Assembly (NCBI GenBank): GCA_965240325.2
Contig: OZ251222.1
Span: forward strand, 3,844,001-3,908,000
Length of the DNA stretch: 64,000 nucleotides
Source of the DNA: Rebecca billardiae RCC1528
Taxonomy: Eukaryota > Protista > Haptophyta
Direction: 5' to 3'
Shown: one piece after another, positions 1 through 10,506 of the stretch
How the letters are laid out: every line of letters starts with the position of its first letter
Numbering within the stretch: position 1 is the stretch's first letter
The notes under the pieces: model-generated
The model's input: only the letters and a program-made list of their open reading frames with translations
What the model was told of the DNA's origin: nothing
Database searches by the model: none
Made by a program: the position numbers and the translations under genes

Positions 1-510
1 GGCGAAGCCACGTCCATGGGCGCCCAGCGTGCAGGCGGCACGGTCACGCCGCTCGGCCGCAGCGACCGGCCTCGCACGCGTCCTTGCCGCGCGAAAGGGC
101 ATCCCAGCTGCGGTCATTCGACTTGTGCGTCAGGAGCAGTGTGCCAGCTAGCCGACGCGCACGCGCCGCGAGCTGCACGGCGTGCGCAAACGTAGCCCGC
201 CGAGCGTGCGCCGATGCGGCACAGCGGGAGAGGGCCCCGATCCGAAGGCGACTCTTGTCAGAGGCCCTCCGTAGCTTCGTGATCTACGAAAGCTAGCGTC
301 CTCGCGTTTGTCCAGCTACGGCCCTTGTCCAGCTGGCGCAACGCTCCGAAGCGTGCGCAGCAGGCCAGCAGCCATCTTGAAATCTGACCATCAGTTCTGT
401 GCATCTCAGTGGCGCGGGCCGCGGTACCGTCGTGCGGCCGAACTCCGCGCGGCGCGGCGGCGGGACGCGGCGTCGCCGCGCAGCCCCTTTGGCTCGCGCC
501 GCCCGGCGCC

Positions 511-1635
511 ATGGCCGCCATGGCCGCGCTCTGGCAGCTCTCGCTCGGCCTGGCGTTCACCCGTCTGTTCGACATGAGCATGCCGTCGAACGCGTCGGCG
601 ATCTGCGAGCATCTGCCCGGGGCCGAATGCCGCGGCCTCGTCTTCGTGCACGTGGGCAAGGCCGGCGGCGACTCGGTGCACAAAGGCCTGCGCGTCGCGT
701 GCGGCATCGGCGTGTGCAACGTGCTCGTTGACGTGCACACGTGCGACAAGGCCATTGAGGGCGTGCTCGAGTACGTGGACAGGTGGGGCCCGACGGTGTA
801 CACGAACGGCCCGCTCGTCGCCTCGCCCGGCTACGAGGACCTGTGCGAGGCGGAGAAGGCGCCGCTGCGCGCGCGGAGCGGCGTGCCGCCGACGCTCGCG
901 CGCACGGACCGGCTCGGCGCGCTCGTGCGCACGCTGCCGATCGTGCTGTGGGTGCGCGACCCGGTGGCGCGCGTGATCGCGTCGTGGGACTTCTTCGTGA
1001 ACATGCACTCCTGGCACAAGTACAAGGAGTACATGCTGCGCACCAACCAGTCCCTCTTCCTGCCCGACGGCTCGCCCATCCGCACGTCGGAGGTGACGCG
1101 CTTCCTGCGGCACGCGGCCGGCCCCGAGCTCGGGCTGGGCGGGCTGCAGGAGGGCGTGGAGCTCGGGCGGGTGCTCGCGGCGATGCGCGAGAAGCCGGAC
1201 CCGCTCGCCGTCGCGAGGCGCGTGTTCAGGCACGTCGACCACATCCTCACCGGACTCGCCTTCTACGTGGGCGGCGTGCGCGGGCTCGAGGCGCTGCGCC
1301 CTCGGCTCCTGTTTGTGGGCGCGGTCGAGACGATGCAGCAGAGCTGGGACCAGCTTGAGGCGGCGGTCTACGAGCGGCTGGGCCCGGGCCCGCTGCGGCG
1401 GAAGGAGAAGCTGCCGCTGCCGCCGCACACGCACGCCTCGCGCAGCGGCAGGCCGCGCCGGCCCGTCAGTCCGGAGGGCCTCGAGCAGCTGCGCGCGCTC
1501 GTGCGGGAGGACAGCGCGTGCCTGCAGTGGCTGCACGAGCGCGGCCACCTGAGCGCCGCCTACCTGCAGCGCGTGCGCGGCCGGAGCACGTACGACTACG
1601 AGCCGCCGCCGGAGAGCGAGAAGGAGCTCTTCTGA
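511..1635 (+). CDS. Sulfotransferase-family protein (Golgi/secreted type)
   Basis: FVHVGKAGG resembles the 5'-PSB PAPS-binding loop and LWVRDPVARVIASW the 3'-PB motif. There is a hydrophobic N-terminus after ATG 511 and strong GC3 bias. Confidence 0.7.
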   Translation: MAAMAALWQLSLGLAFTRLFDMSMPSNASAICEHLPGAECRGLVFVHVGKAGGDSVHKGLRVACGIGVCNVLVDVHTCDKAIEGVLEYVDRWGPTVYTNGPLVASPGYEDLCEAEKAPLRARSGVPPTLARTDRLGALVRTLPIVLWVRDPVARVIASWDFFVNMHSWHKYKEYMLRTNQSLFLPDGSPIRTSEVTRFLRHAAGPELGLGGLQEGVELGRVLAAMREKPDPLAVARRVFRHVDHILTGLAFYVGGVRGLEALRPRLLFVGAVETMQQSWDQLEAAVYERLGPGPLRRKEKLPLPPHTHASRSGRPRRPVSPEGLEQLRALVREDSACLQWLHERGHLSAAYLQRVRGRSTYDYEPPPESEKELF

Positions 1636-2324
1636 CGCGCGCGTGCGCACGGGCGCTCTGAGAGTGAGACTGACCGGTCTGACTCGCCTCGGCTCAGCGG
1701 CCGTACGAGCGTCGTCGTGTCGGAGTGGGCCGAAGGCGTCCGAGGCCGACTCACATTATAATAATGATAATTCTGAATTCACAAGTCGTGGTGTGGGACG
1801 TTCCTCAACTGCCGTCAGAATCTGATGATGATGAGTTACTGGTATGCTAGGAGTTCTAAAGTGAGTAATGGAAGCTTCTATGATGTGCAAAACGAGCGTG
1901 GGCCAGATATTATTCCGCTATCTCTGAGATCTCAACCAATCAGTGCATATGAGGGGAGGCCTGCAGCAGCTGATTAATACACCTGCTCGTCCACCGTCGT
2001 CAGTCGTGGGCGTGTGATAGGAGCTGAAATACCCGCTTACTGCCTGTCCTAATTTCAATCTGCTTTCGAGGGCCGACGACGACAGTGCCGAACGACGACG
2101 GGGCGGATTAGCCGAAAGGCAGGGGACACGGGGAAACTGAGCTCCTCTTCCGCTCCGCGCTCTCGCCTTTCGGCCCATTGCTCGGGCTCCGCACGGATTC
2201 GGCGTCTCGGCATCTCTGTTTTTCTCGTATTTTGCCTTGGCCGAGTAAAAGATTCACGCGCTCAGCTTTGACGTGCTGTGGCCAGTGGGGCGAGGGTGCG
2301 GCCCGCGGGCTTGGTGGCGGACCG

Positions 2325-4863
2325 ATGGATCGGCCTCGCGGGCAGGTGCGCCGCGCGCGTCGCGCGCCGTGCCCCGGCGCGCAGCGATGTCGACGCTTGG
2401 TCGGCTTGCCGCCAGCGCCATGCCCCTGTCCTGGCGATGCGCGCGCGCGCGGCCAAGCGCGCGCGCGGGATGTGCGCGATTTGCGCTTGCCGCTGCGCTC
2501 AGCTCAGCCGCGTGCGGCCGGCGCCTGCTCCGCGTGCACGCGCAGGGCGAGGGTGCGAACATCATCCCACGTTTCGACGAGCCGGTCCCCGGCCATGGCC
2601 CGATGCGCGGGCCCCTCCTCGCCGAGACGAGCCTGATCGCTGCGACCAACGAGCGCTACTCCATGCTGACGCAGCTGTTCGAATCGGCGCCTGCAGACGA
2701 GCAGACGCCCTCGGCGGCGCTCGAGATGGCGGCGTCGGCGCTGGAGAGTACGGCCAGCCTCCTGCGCACCGCGCCGCCGGGGCCGGCCGAGCCGGCCGTC
2801 GACCCGAGCGCGCTCCCGCCTGCCAAGCGCAAGTGGACTGACGGCGCCGGGGCAGACGACGATGCGCACGCTGCCAGCCAGCGCGGCGAGGGCGTCGCGG
2901 GGCCGTTGGCGACGCAGCTGGACGAGCCATTGCCGCCCAGGGCATACGCCGCCTCGCCCGCGCCGCCGCTGCCGCCCGCCCTCGGCGCCAGTGCGCCGGA
3001 CGCGAGCAGCGCGGCCGGCGGTTGGCTCGACCCGAGGCCGGCTGGCGAGGCCGGCGCCGCCGACGTGGAGAGCACGCAGCGGGCGCGCGCATCGGTGCCG
3101 CGCGCGCCGCCGCCGGCGGCAGAGCCGACGTCCGCGCACGACGCGGGTTGGGCTGACGCGGCTGGCTTGCTCACGCGGCTAGACCACGCGGCCGCGGCCG
3201 CGGGCGCGCCCGCCGCGGCTGCCACGCCTGCGGTGGACGCGGCTGGGCCCGCGGCCGGCGGCGCGGCTGCTCCGCTGACCACCCTCGGCGCGCGAGCGCC
3301 CGCCGAGGCTGAGGCGGCGGCGGGTGCGGGCGTGCCTCACACCGCGGCGCCCGCCGCCGGCCCGACCGCCCTGTCAGCCCACACGCCCGTTGCGGCCGGC
3401 AGCGGGTGGGAGGGGGCGCATGCCACCGCGCAGGTCGGCGCAGACGAGCGCGCGCGCGCGAGCTCGCCTGCGAGCGCAGACGCGCCTGGGGGCGCGGAGG
3501 GCGCGCAGGGAGCCGCGGAGGACGCGCCGGGCAGCAGCGGCGTGTGGAAGCGCAACATCGGCTCGCGCAGGTGCGTCGCGCGTCGTGCCCCACCCCAACA
3601 CGACTGCGCGCCGTGTGCCGCAGGCGCCACCCTCGTGCAGCCGGCCAAACGGGGGGGCGCCGCGGCGCTGCGGCCGGCGGCTGCGCGCGCCCGCTGGCTG
3701 CGTGCCGCCCGCCCTGACCTCGCCGCCCCCCCCCCCGGCGCGCTGCCCCGCGCCCCCCTTCCGCCGCGCAGCGCGACGTACAAATGCCGCCGGTGCGGGC
3801 TGCCCAAGCGGCAGCACATGTGCGTGGCCCCGCTGCCGCCCCCCTCGCTGCCTGCGGACGAGACGGCGGGGGGCGCGCCCGCAGGGGCGCCCGCCTCGTC
3901 CGCCGCGCGCGCCGCGGTCGCGCTGTGGTCCTCCGACGAGAACGAGACCATCTCGCGCATGGTGCGCGAGCACGGCTTCAAGTGGACGCGGATCGCGCGC
4001 GAGCTTCCGGGCCGCACCGACAACGCGGTGCGCAACCGGTGGAAGCGGCTCGAGCGCATGCGCGCGCTGCGCGCCGAGCAGCTGAGCGGCGGCGCGGGGG
4101 GCGCGGGCGCGGCGTCGGGCGCGACGCCGTCCGCCGGCGCGTCCGACGCGAGCGGCGCCACCGCCGCGCCGCCCTCCGGCGTGCGCGGCTACCGCTGCTC
4201 CAAGTGCGGGCAGGGCAAGCGCGGCCACCTCTGCCCCTACGCCGAGCACCCGATCTCGGACGAGCTGCTCGGGGGAGAGCTGGGCGGAGAGGGCGCCGCC
4301 GGCTCGGGCGCGCACGGCAGCGCGGATGCGCCGCAGCCGTCGCAGCTCGCGCGCGCGCACGCCGACACGCCCGCCGCGAGCGCCGGCGCCGGCGGCAGCT
4401 GGTGCGGCGCGCTCACCTCGAGCGCGCCTCAACTGCCGCCGCCGCCGCCCCAGCAGCCGCCATCGGCGCCCGGCGCGCCGCGCGCCGCCGCCGCCGCTGG
4501 CGCTGGCGCCGCCTCCGCCGCTGCGGGCCCGGCCGAGGCGGCGGCGCGCGCGACGAGCTCGGCGGCGGGCGGCGGCGGCGCCACCGCCGCCGCGGCCAGC
4601 GCGTCGGGCCCCTCCGCCGACGGCTCCTTGCCCGGGCTGGACGAGGTGGCGGGCGCGATGCACTGGCTGATCGAGACGGCCGGCTCGGACGACGCGGACG
4701 CGCTGGGCTTTGCGCTCGGGCCTGGCCTCGCCGGGCTGATGGACGAGGAGGGCAGGGGCGGCGCGGAGGGCGCGCCGGGTGGCGCGGCGCACTCGGGCAA
4801 GGCGCCCGCGAGGCCCGCCGCCGCCGCCGCCGCCCCCTCGGGCGGTGCGCACGGCTCGGCCAC

Positions 4864-4897
<34 letters not shown>

Positions 4898-5539
4898 TCG
4901 GGCGCGCACGCAGAGCGCTCCGAGCGCGAGCGCGAGATGGGGGGCGGGAGCGGCGCCGGCGAGTGGCCGCCGCCGTTCTGGTGGGGCGCCGGCGGGTACG
5001 ACCCGGCGAGCTACGCGGTGGCCGCCGCGGCGTCGGCCAGCTGGTGGCCCGCGCCGCCGCCGATGATGGGCGGCGGCATGCCCCCGCCGTGGACGCTCGA
5101 CGCGCCGCCGCTCACCGCCGGCCACGCCGGCTGCGACGCGTGGCGGGCGGCCAACCACGCGATGGAGCGGTGGCAGCGGCAGCGGTACGAGGCGGCCATG
5201 GCGTACTACCGGCGGTACTGCCAGATGGCGGCGCGCTCGATGCAGCACCACGCGGCCGGCCCAGGCCCGCCGCTGTGGTGGCCGCCGTACATGCCGCCGC
5301 CGGGCTGGCTGGGCCCTATGGGCGCGGGCGCGGACGGCGGCGCAGGCGCGGATGGCGGCGCGGGCGCGGCGGACGCGCACGCGCCGCGCGGCGCGGACGA
5401 TCTGCTCGACGGCGCCGCGCCGAGCGCGCCGGGTGCTGCGGCGGACGCGGCGGTCACCGAGGTCGACGACATGCTGGCCGCGCGCATGCCCACGCCGCCC
5501 GCCGCACCGCTCGACGAGCACGACGCCGCAGGCTTGTAG
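2325..5539 (+). CDS. Myb/SANT-domain transcription factor with two CxxC-x6-HxC zinc knuckles
   Basis: Myb repeat WSSDENETISRMVREHGFKWTRIARELPGRTDNAVRNRW is flanked by YKCRRCGLPKRQHMC and YRCSKCGQGKRGHLC. Predicted GT-AG introns are 2346-2545 and 3571-3771. The 5' model is uncertain. Confidence 0.8.
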
Positions 5540-6011
5540 CGCAGCGCGCGCGCGAGCGGGCTGCACCGGCCGCGAGCGCGGTGGCGGCTGCTCGCATGTC
5601 GATGGATGGCGCGCGGCGGGAGGCGCGGCGGCGGCAGCGGCAGCGCACGAGGGCGCGTGCTGCGACCGCGCGGTGGCGTCGACTGCGCGTCCGCGCGGCG
5701 TCCGCGGTGACAGCTCGCTTGCGTCCACGCGATGCCGCGAGCGACGCGACCAGCCTCGACGGCGCGTCGTTCGACAGCGGCGCTGCGGTGGGCGCGGCGC
5801 CAGCAGCAGGCTGGTTGTGTTGACGGCGGCGCCCGGTGACACGGGACAGCCCGACAGGCCTCGTCCGCTCTGGAGCCTGGAGGCTCGATGCAGTCCAGTC
5901 TGAAGACTCTTACAGTCATCATCCACGCGCAGGCGCAGCGTCAGTAGTACACGTGTCAGAGCGCTGTAGCAGAATATAGCAGAAATAGACGAATATATTA
6001 AATTATTAATT

Positions 6012-8174
6012 ATGCGGGCCCGGAGGGCCCGTGTACCAAAAATATGACCGCGTTCCGCGGTCCTTTTCTGCATAGAATCAACGCAGTTGGGGGCCCGCGG
6101 TGGCCGTGCAATCGCGGCTCTCCGCCGTAGTGGCAGTTCGCCAGTTGAAGTCGGTTCTGAGATGACTGAAGCTATTAGTCCGACCGTCGCCCTGCCTGCG
6201 CGACCGCGAGACTCATTCACACTTCACACAATCACAGCAGCGGGCCACCTGAGACCGCACCCGGCACCGGTCGTCAAATCGGACGTCCGTCTGACAACTA
6301 GCTGCCAAATGTCCAACTGGCTGATCAGCTCGGATCCGACCCGTCCGCGATCGTGCCATCGGCATCGGAATTACTACTAGTAGCTGCCAAACTGTGTCCA
6401 ACTCTGGCTGATCAGCTCGGATCCGACCCGTCCGCGATCGTGCCGAGTGAGTCGTGCCGCGGAGCTCGGAGTGACCCGTTGCACGGGTGAGTGACCGTAG
6501 GGCGGTGAAAATGCGACGTACCGGTGAAAATACGGTTTTGCAACTAGCGCTGGGCGATGGCTGCCGGGCGCGACGAGCCGGGCGGATTGGTGCACGGGGA
6601 ATCCAATTCCCCGTGCACCAATCCAATCCGTTCGTCGCCAGGTGCTGCCGTTGCCGAGATCGAGCTGCAAAACCCTCAGCAGGTGGTCAAGAGAAGGAAA
6701 CGGGGAGGGCTGTCGCAGCGCGCGCGCCGCGGTGGGAAGAGAGAAGGGCTTGCCTCCCAACTGCAGCTTTGGCAGCGTTCCCTCTTGCGGCAGTGGAAGC
6801 CGACGACGAGGAGGATGACGACGCAGCTGCTGATGACTGCTGCGAAGCAGCAGCGGTGACACTCTGCGGTGCACAGCTGCCACCGCGCGCGCCGCGCGCG
6901 ACTCGGTCTCGGACTCGGGTGATGGCGACAGCAGCACAGCAGTCCTCATGAAGACGATGAAGCTGCGTGCACGGGTGCACGAGGTGGCAGGCGAAAGCGC
7001 GCCGACGAGACAGCACTTGACACGCCTGAGCGCACGCCCATGCTCGCCGAGCGCGAGCGCTGCAAGTGCAACTACAGTGCGCGCCGAGGCTGTACTCGGC
7101 GGCACTGCGTCCGCGGTCATCGTCTCTTCACTTGTCGAGGCTGCTGCTGCGGCGGGCCGGGGGCACTACCCGGCACGCGCGGCGTAGCGCGCTAGACGGA
7201 AGGTGATGGTAGACGCACTGTCACGCTCCCGCCGCCGCCGCCGCCGCCTGCAAGACTATCGTCACTCTAGGCCGCGCCGAAGTGTCGTTTTTTCGGCGCT
7301 CACGCTTGCAACGGGTCGAGTACTGAAGGAGTCGGGTGTGACAGCAGGGTGCTTTAGCGCTGCGGCCCGTGCCAGCCAACGACCAGACGTACTCTGGCCA
7401 CTTGACCCGTTGCACGGGTGAGTGACCGTACGCCCTGCCTAGTGCCTACCGCGCGCGCCGCGCGACCGGCGACTCGGGGTGATGGAGAGCGGATGGCGAC
7501 AGCAGCAGCAGTCCTCATGAAGACGATGAAACTGGCGGCACGGGTGCACGAGGTGGCAGGCGAAAGCGCGCCGACGAGACCGCATTTGACACACCTGAGC
7601 CGCACGCGCGTGCCGTCGCCGAGCGCGGAGCGGCGAGCGCTGCAAACGCGCAACCGTACCGCGCGCGCCACGACGGCGCGGCACTAGCTGATGCAGGCCG
7701 TACTGCCGGCACTGCTTCTGCGATCATGCGCCACGGTCGCAGCTGACTGCGTGAGCAGCAAGCGGGAGGCGGGTCCGGAGGCACGTGCAGGCGCCGTCCC
7801 GCATATCCGCCATGCCGGGGCACGTCACCTCCGACGATCCGGATGTGGCCCAGTCCGGACGTCACGCGATCCGGGAAGACGAGTACGATTCGCTCGTAAC
7901 GAACCGTTACACTAATGTCACGTCCAGCTGACGTCCAGATCGCACTTTACTTAAGGGAATCAGCTGGGCGCGGTTTTTTTTGGCCTGATAGACCTCTCAA
8001 TGCGATCTCAAAAACTCGAAACTCGGTCTCCGCCAGCCCTAAAAATCGCCCCCCGTCCCTTTTTTTCCGCCGCCCCCCGTCCCTTTTTTCTTGATCAAAG
8101 ATCTTTTTGAAACGTGGTTCGGGCCCGCTGGTGCGGGCTCCACGCTGCGCGCTCCGCCCTGCACCGCGGGCCAT
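6012..8174 (-). mobile_element. Non-autonomous rolling-circle-like (Helentron/Helitron2-type) element A
   Basis: The minus-strand 5' end reads AATGGCCCGCGGTG. An asymmetric 11-bp inverted repeat lies at 8162-8172 and 6092-6102, with terminal hairpins at 6046-6062 and 6015-6031. The 3' end is shared with 58120-58185. It has internal duplications and no credible protein. Confidence 0.55.
6584..6624. repeat. Perfect 19-bp-stem hairpin
   Basis: GGATTGGTGCACGGGGAAT-CCA-ATTCCCCGTGCACCAATCC. Confidence 0.95.
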
Positions 8175-8557
8175 TATTAACTATTAAGCTGCTACTAGTG
8201 CGCGCTAGCTTAAGCTAGCGCTGCTACAGCGTCACGGCCACGGTGTCAGCCGAGCAGTACAGACGAGTCAGAGTACATAGACTCTCTCGAATCCGAGTAG
8301 TAGGCGCAGCGTCAGAGAGCGGGCAGCCCGGGCAGCGCCAGCCCAGCAGCTGTCGTGGCTCGGCCTCGTAGTCCGGTAGTCGTGCTGCGCGCTTCATCAG
8401 CTATTCAGCTGCATCAGCAGTCGTCAATAAACGCGCGCATGACGATGCACCGCCGCTGTGCCAGCAGGCACCGGACCCTGCGCGCGCGCGCCGAATGGCT
8501 CCAGCCGCGCCAGGCTGGCGGCGCCGGAGCGGCAGCCGTGCGCCCAGCCCCCGCGCG

Positions 8558-10201
8558 CTACCGGCGGCAGTCCAGCCGCCTCACCTTCATGTCGTGCACC
8601 TTGGGGCAGAGCGGCCCCCAGCCGCGCACAATGTCCCGGCACGCGCCGTGCAGCGGCGGCAGCGGCCTGGCGCCGCCCCACGTGGTCCGCCAGTAGCACA
8701 CCGCCTCGGAGAAGGTGGAGCCGGGCGTGGGCCAGAACTCGTCGGCCGCGACGAGCAGCAGCATGTCGTCCATCTCGGACGCGGCCGCCTGCACCGCGCC
8801 CTGCTGCCACTGCGCCAGCTCCGCCGCGTCGAGCGGCGCGCCGCCCTCCGCGCGCCGCGCGACCGTCGACAGCCAGCGGCCGAGGTCGGCCTTGTAGGAC
8901 ATCAGCATGTCGGACTTGGCGCGTGCGCGGGCGCGGTGCGGCGCGGCGCGGCGCATGAAGACGCGCGGGTGGTTGATCCACGCCGCGAACGCCGTGCGCA
9001 CGAACCGGTCCGTCGCCAGGAAGATGTGCGCCGCGCGCGGGCCGGCGGGCACGCGGCGCGCGCCCGCGCCCTCGCGCGCGCGCGCCGCGTCGTGCGCGAG
9101 CAGCGTGGACGGCAGCGCGCGCGCGTCGCACACGCTCTCGTAGTAGGCGAGGGCGGCGGCGCGGGCGTGGAGCGGGCCGAGCGCGGGGCCGGGCGGCCGC
9201 GCCGCGCCGCCGGCGTGCAGCTCGATCAGCCGGCGCGCCGCCTTCCGGCAGTTCGCGCCGAGGCCCTCGCGCGTGACCGTCTGCGCGCGCTGGTGGTGGC
9301 CGAGCACGCGCCCGCCCCAGCGGGGCTCCGCAGCCGCCTGCCGCGCGGCCGCGGCGATGAACTCGGCGCGCGGGCGGAAGGGCCAGTGCGCGCAGGCCAT
9401 CCGGCCGGGCCGGCCGGGCAGGTCGTCGTCGGGGTCCGTGCCCGACTGCCCGCCCGCGCGCAGCGCGAGCAGCTCGCGCGCCGTCACGCCCCACGCGCGC
9501 AGCGCCGCGCCGCTCTCCGCCTCAAGCTGCGCGCCGTCGCACGGCCCGCCGCACCAGAAGGCGTCCTCGGGCGAGAGGCGCACGGCGGCGGCGGCGGCGG
9601 GGGCGCCGCCGGCCCACGGCGCGGCGGGGCCGCCCGCGCCGGGGTCGGCGCGCCCGCGCAGCGCGAGCGCCCTCCCGACCGTCGGCTCGAGCACCAGCCT
9701 GCGCGCGCTCACGCTGCGCCGCAGCCAGCCGAGCTGGAAGAAGGAGGCCACGAACATCGACATGGTCGGGTCGAGGGCGAGGGAGGCGTTGGCGACGAGC
9801 GCGAGGCTCAGGCCGTTCACGACGGAGCGCAGGTGGTTGGAGAACGTGCCGATCCGCGCGCCCGTCAGCAGCAGCACGCGCCCGGGGCGCAGCGTCGCGT
9901 CGCCGCCGTCCGCCGCCGCCGCCGGCTGGCACGTGCTCGGCCGCCGCACGCCCGGCGCATCCACGCGCGCCGCGCGCGCGGCGGCAGCGTCGCCGTCACG
10001 CTGCTCGAGCGCAGACCGGCGAGAGGCAACGCCGTGCTCGTCCGCTGGCGCCTCCGCCGCGCGGCACGCGCACGCAGCCGCCACGAGCACCGCCCATCGA
10101 AGCGCGCGCCCGCATGCGAGTCCGCGCCGCGACCGCCGGCCTTCGGGTTCGGCGGCCGCGCGCGCGGCCTGTCGGCACGCCAGCGGTGCACTCGGCACCA
10201 T
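8558..10201 (-). CDS. Putative GT-B glycosyltransferase (O-/alpha-1,6-fucosyltransferase-like)
   Basis: It has an N-terminal hydrophobic anchor. GTFSNHLRSVVNGLSLA, HIFLATD and DMLLLVAADEFWPTPGSTFS resemble POFUT/FUT8/NodZ GDP-fucose-binding motifs. Confidence 0.6.
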   Translation of the reverse strand: MVPSAPLACRQAARAAAEPEGRRSRRGLACGRALRWAVLVAAACACRAAEAPADEHGVASRRSALEQRDGDAAAARAARVDAPGVRRPSTCQPAAAADGGDATLRPGRVLLLTGARIGTFSNHLRSVVNGLSLALVANASLALDPTMSMFVASFFQLGWLRRSVSARRLVLEPTVGRALALRGRADPGAGGPAAPWAGGAPAAAAAVRLSPEDAFWCGGPCDGAQLEAESGAALRAWGVTARELLALRAGGQSGTDPDDDLPGRPGRMACAHWPFRPRAEFIAAAARQAAAEPRWGGRVLGHHQRAQTVTREGLGANCRKAARRLIELHAGGAARPPGPALGPLHARAAALAYYESVCDARALPSTLLAHDAARAREGAGARRVPAGPRAAHIFLATDRFVRTAFAAWINHPRVFMRRAAPHRARARAKSDMLMSYKADLGRWLSTVARRAEGGAPLDAAELAQWQQGAVQAAASEMDDMLLLVAADEFWPTPGSTFSEAVCYWRTTWGGARPLPPLHGACRDIVRGWGPLCPKVHDMKVRRLDCRR

Positions 10202-10506
10202 CGGGCGTGCGTGCGTGCGCGGGCGCGGGCTGCGGCCGGCCAGCGCACCGCTCGGCCGACGCGTCGTCGCCGCTTGACGCGCCGTGGTTGGCAGCACCAC
10301 TCAAGCGAGCGGTGTGTGCGCGCGGCGAGCCGCTGGCCCGCTGCGCGCGCGCCGCACGATGGCGGCCGAGCGTGCGCATCAACTGGCAGTTTTTTGAGCC
10401 CAGCGAGCAAGAAGCAGCCTCAAGCGGCTTGTGTGAGCACGGGCGAGTTGCGCCCGGCCGCCCAGGCGGGCAGCGCGTGTGGGCTCGCGGGCCCGCGCGG
10501 GCGCCG

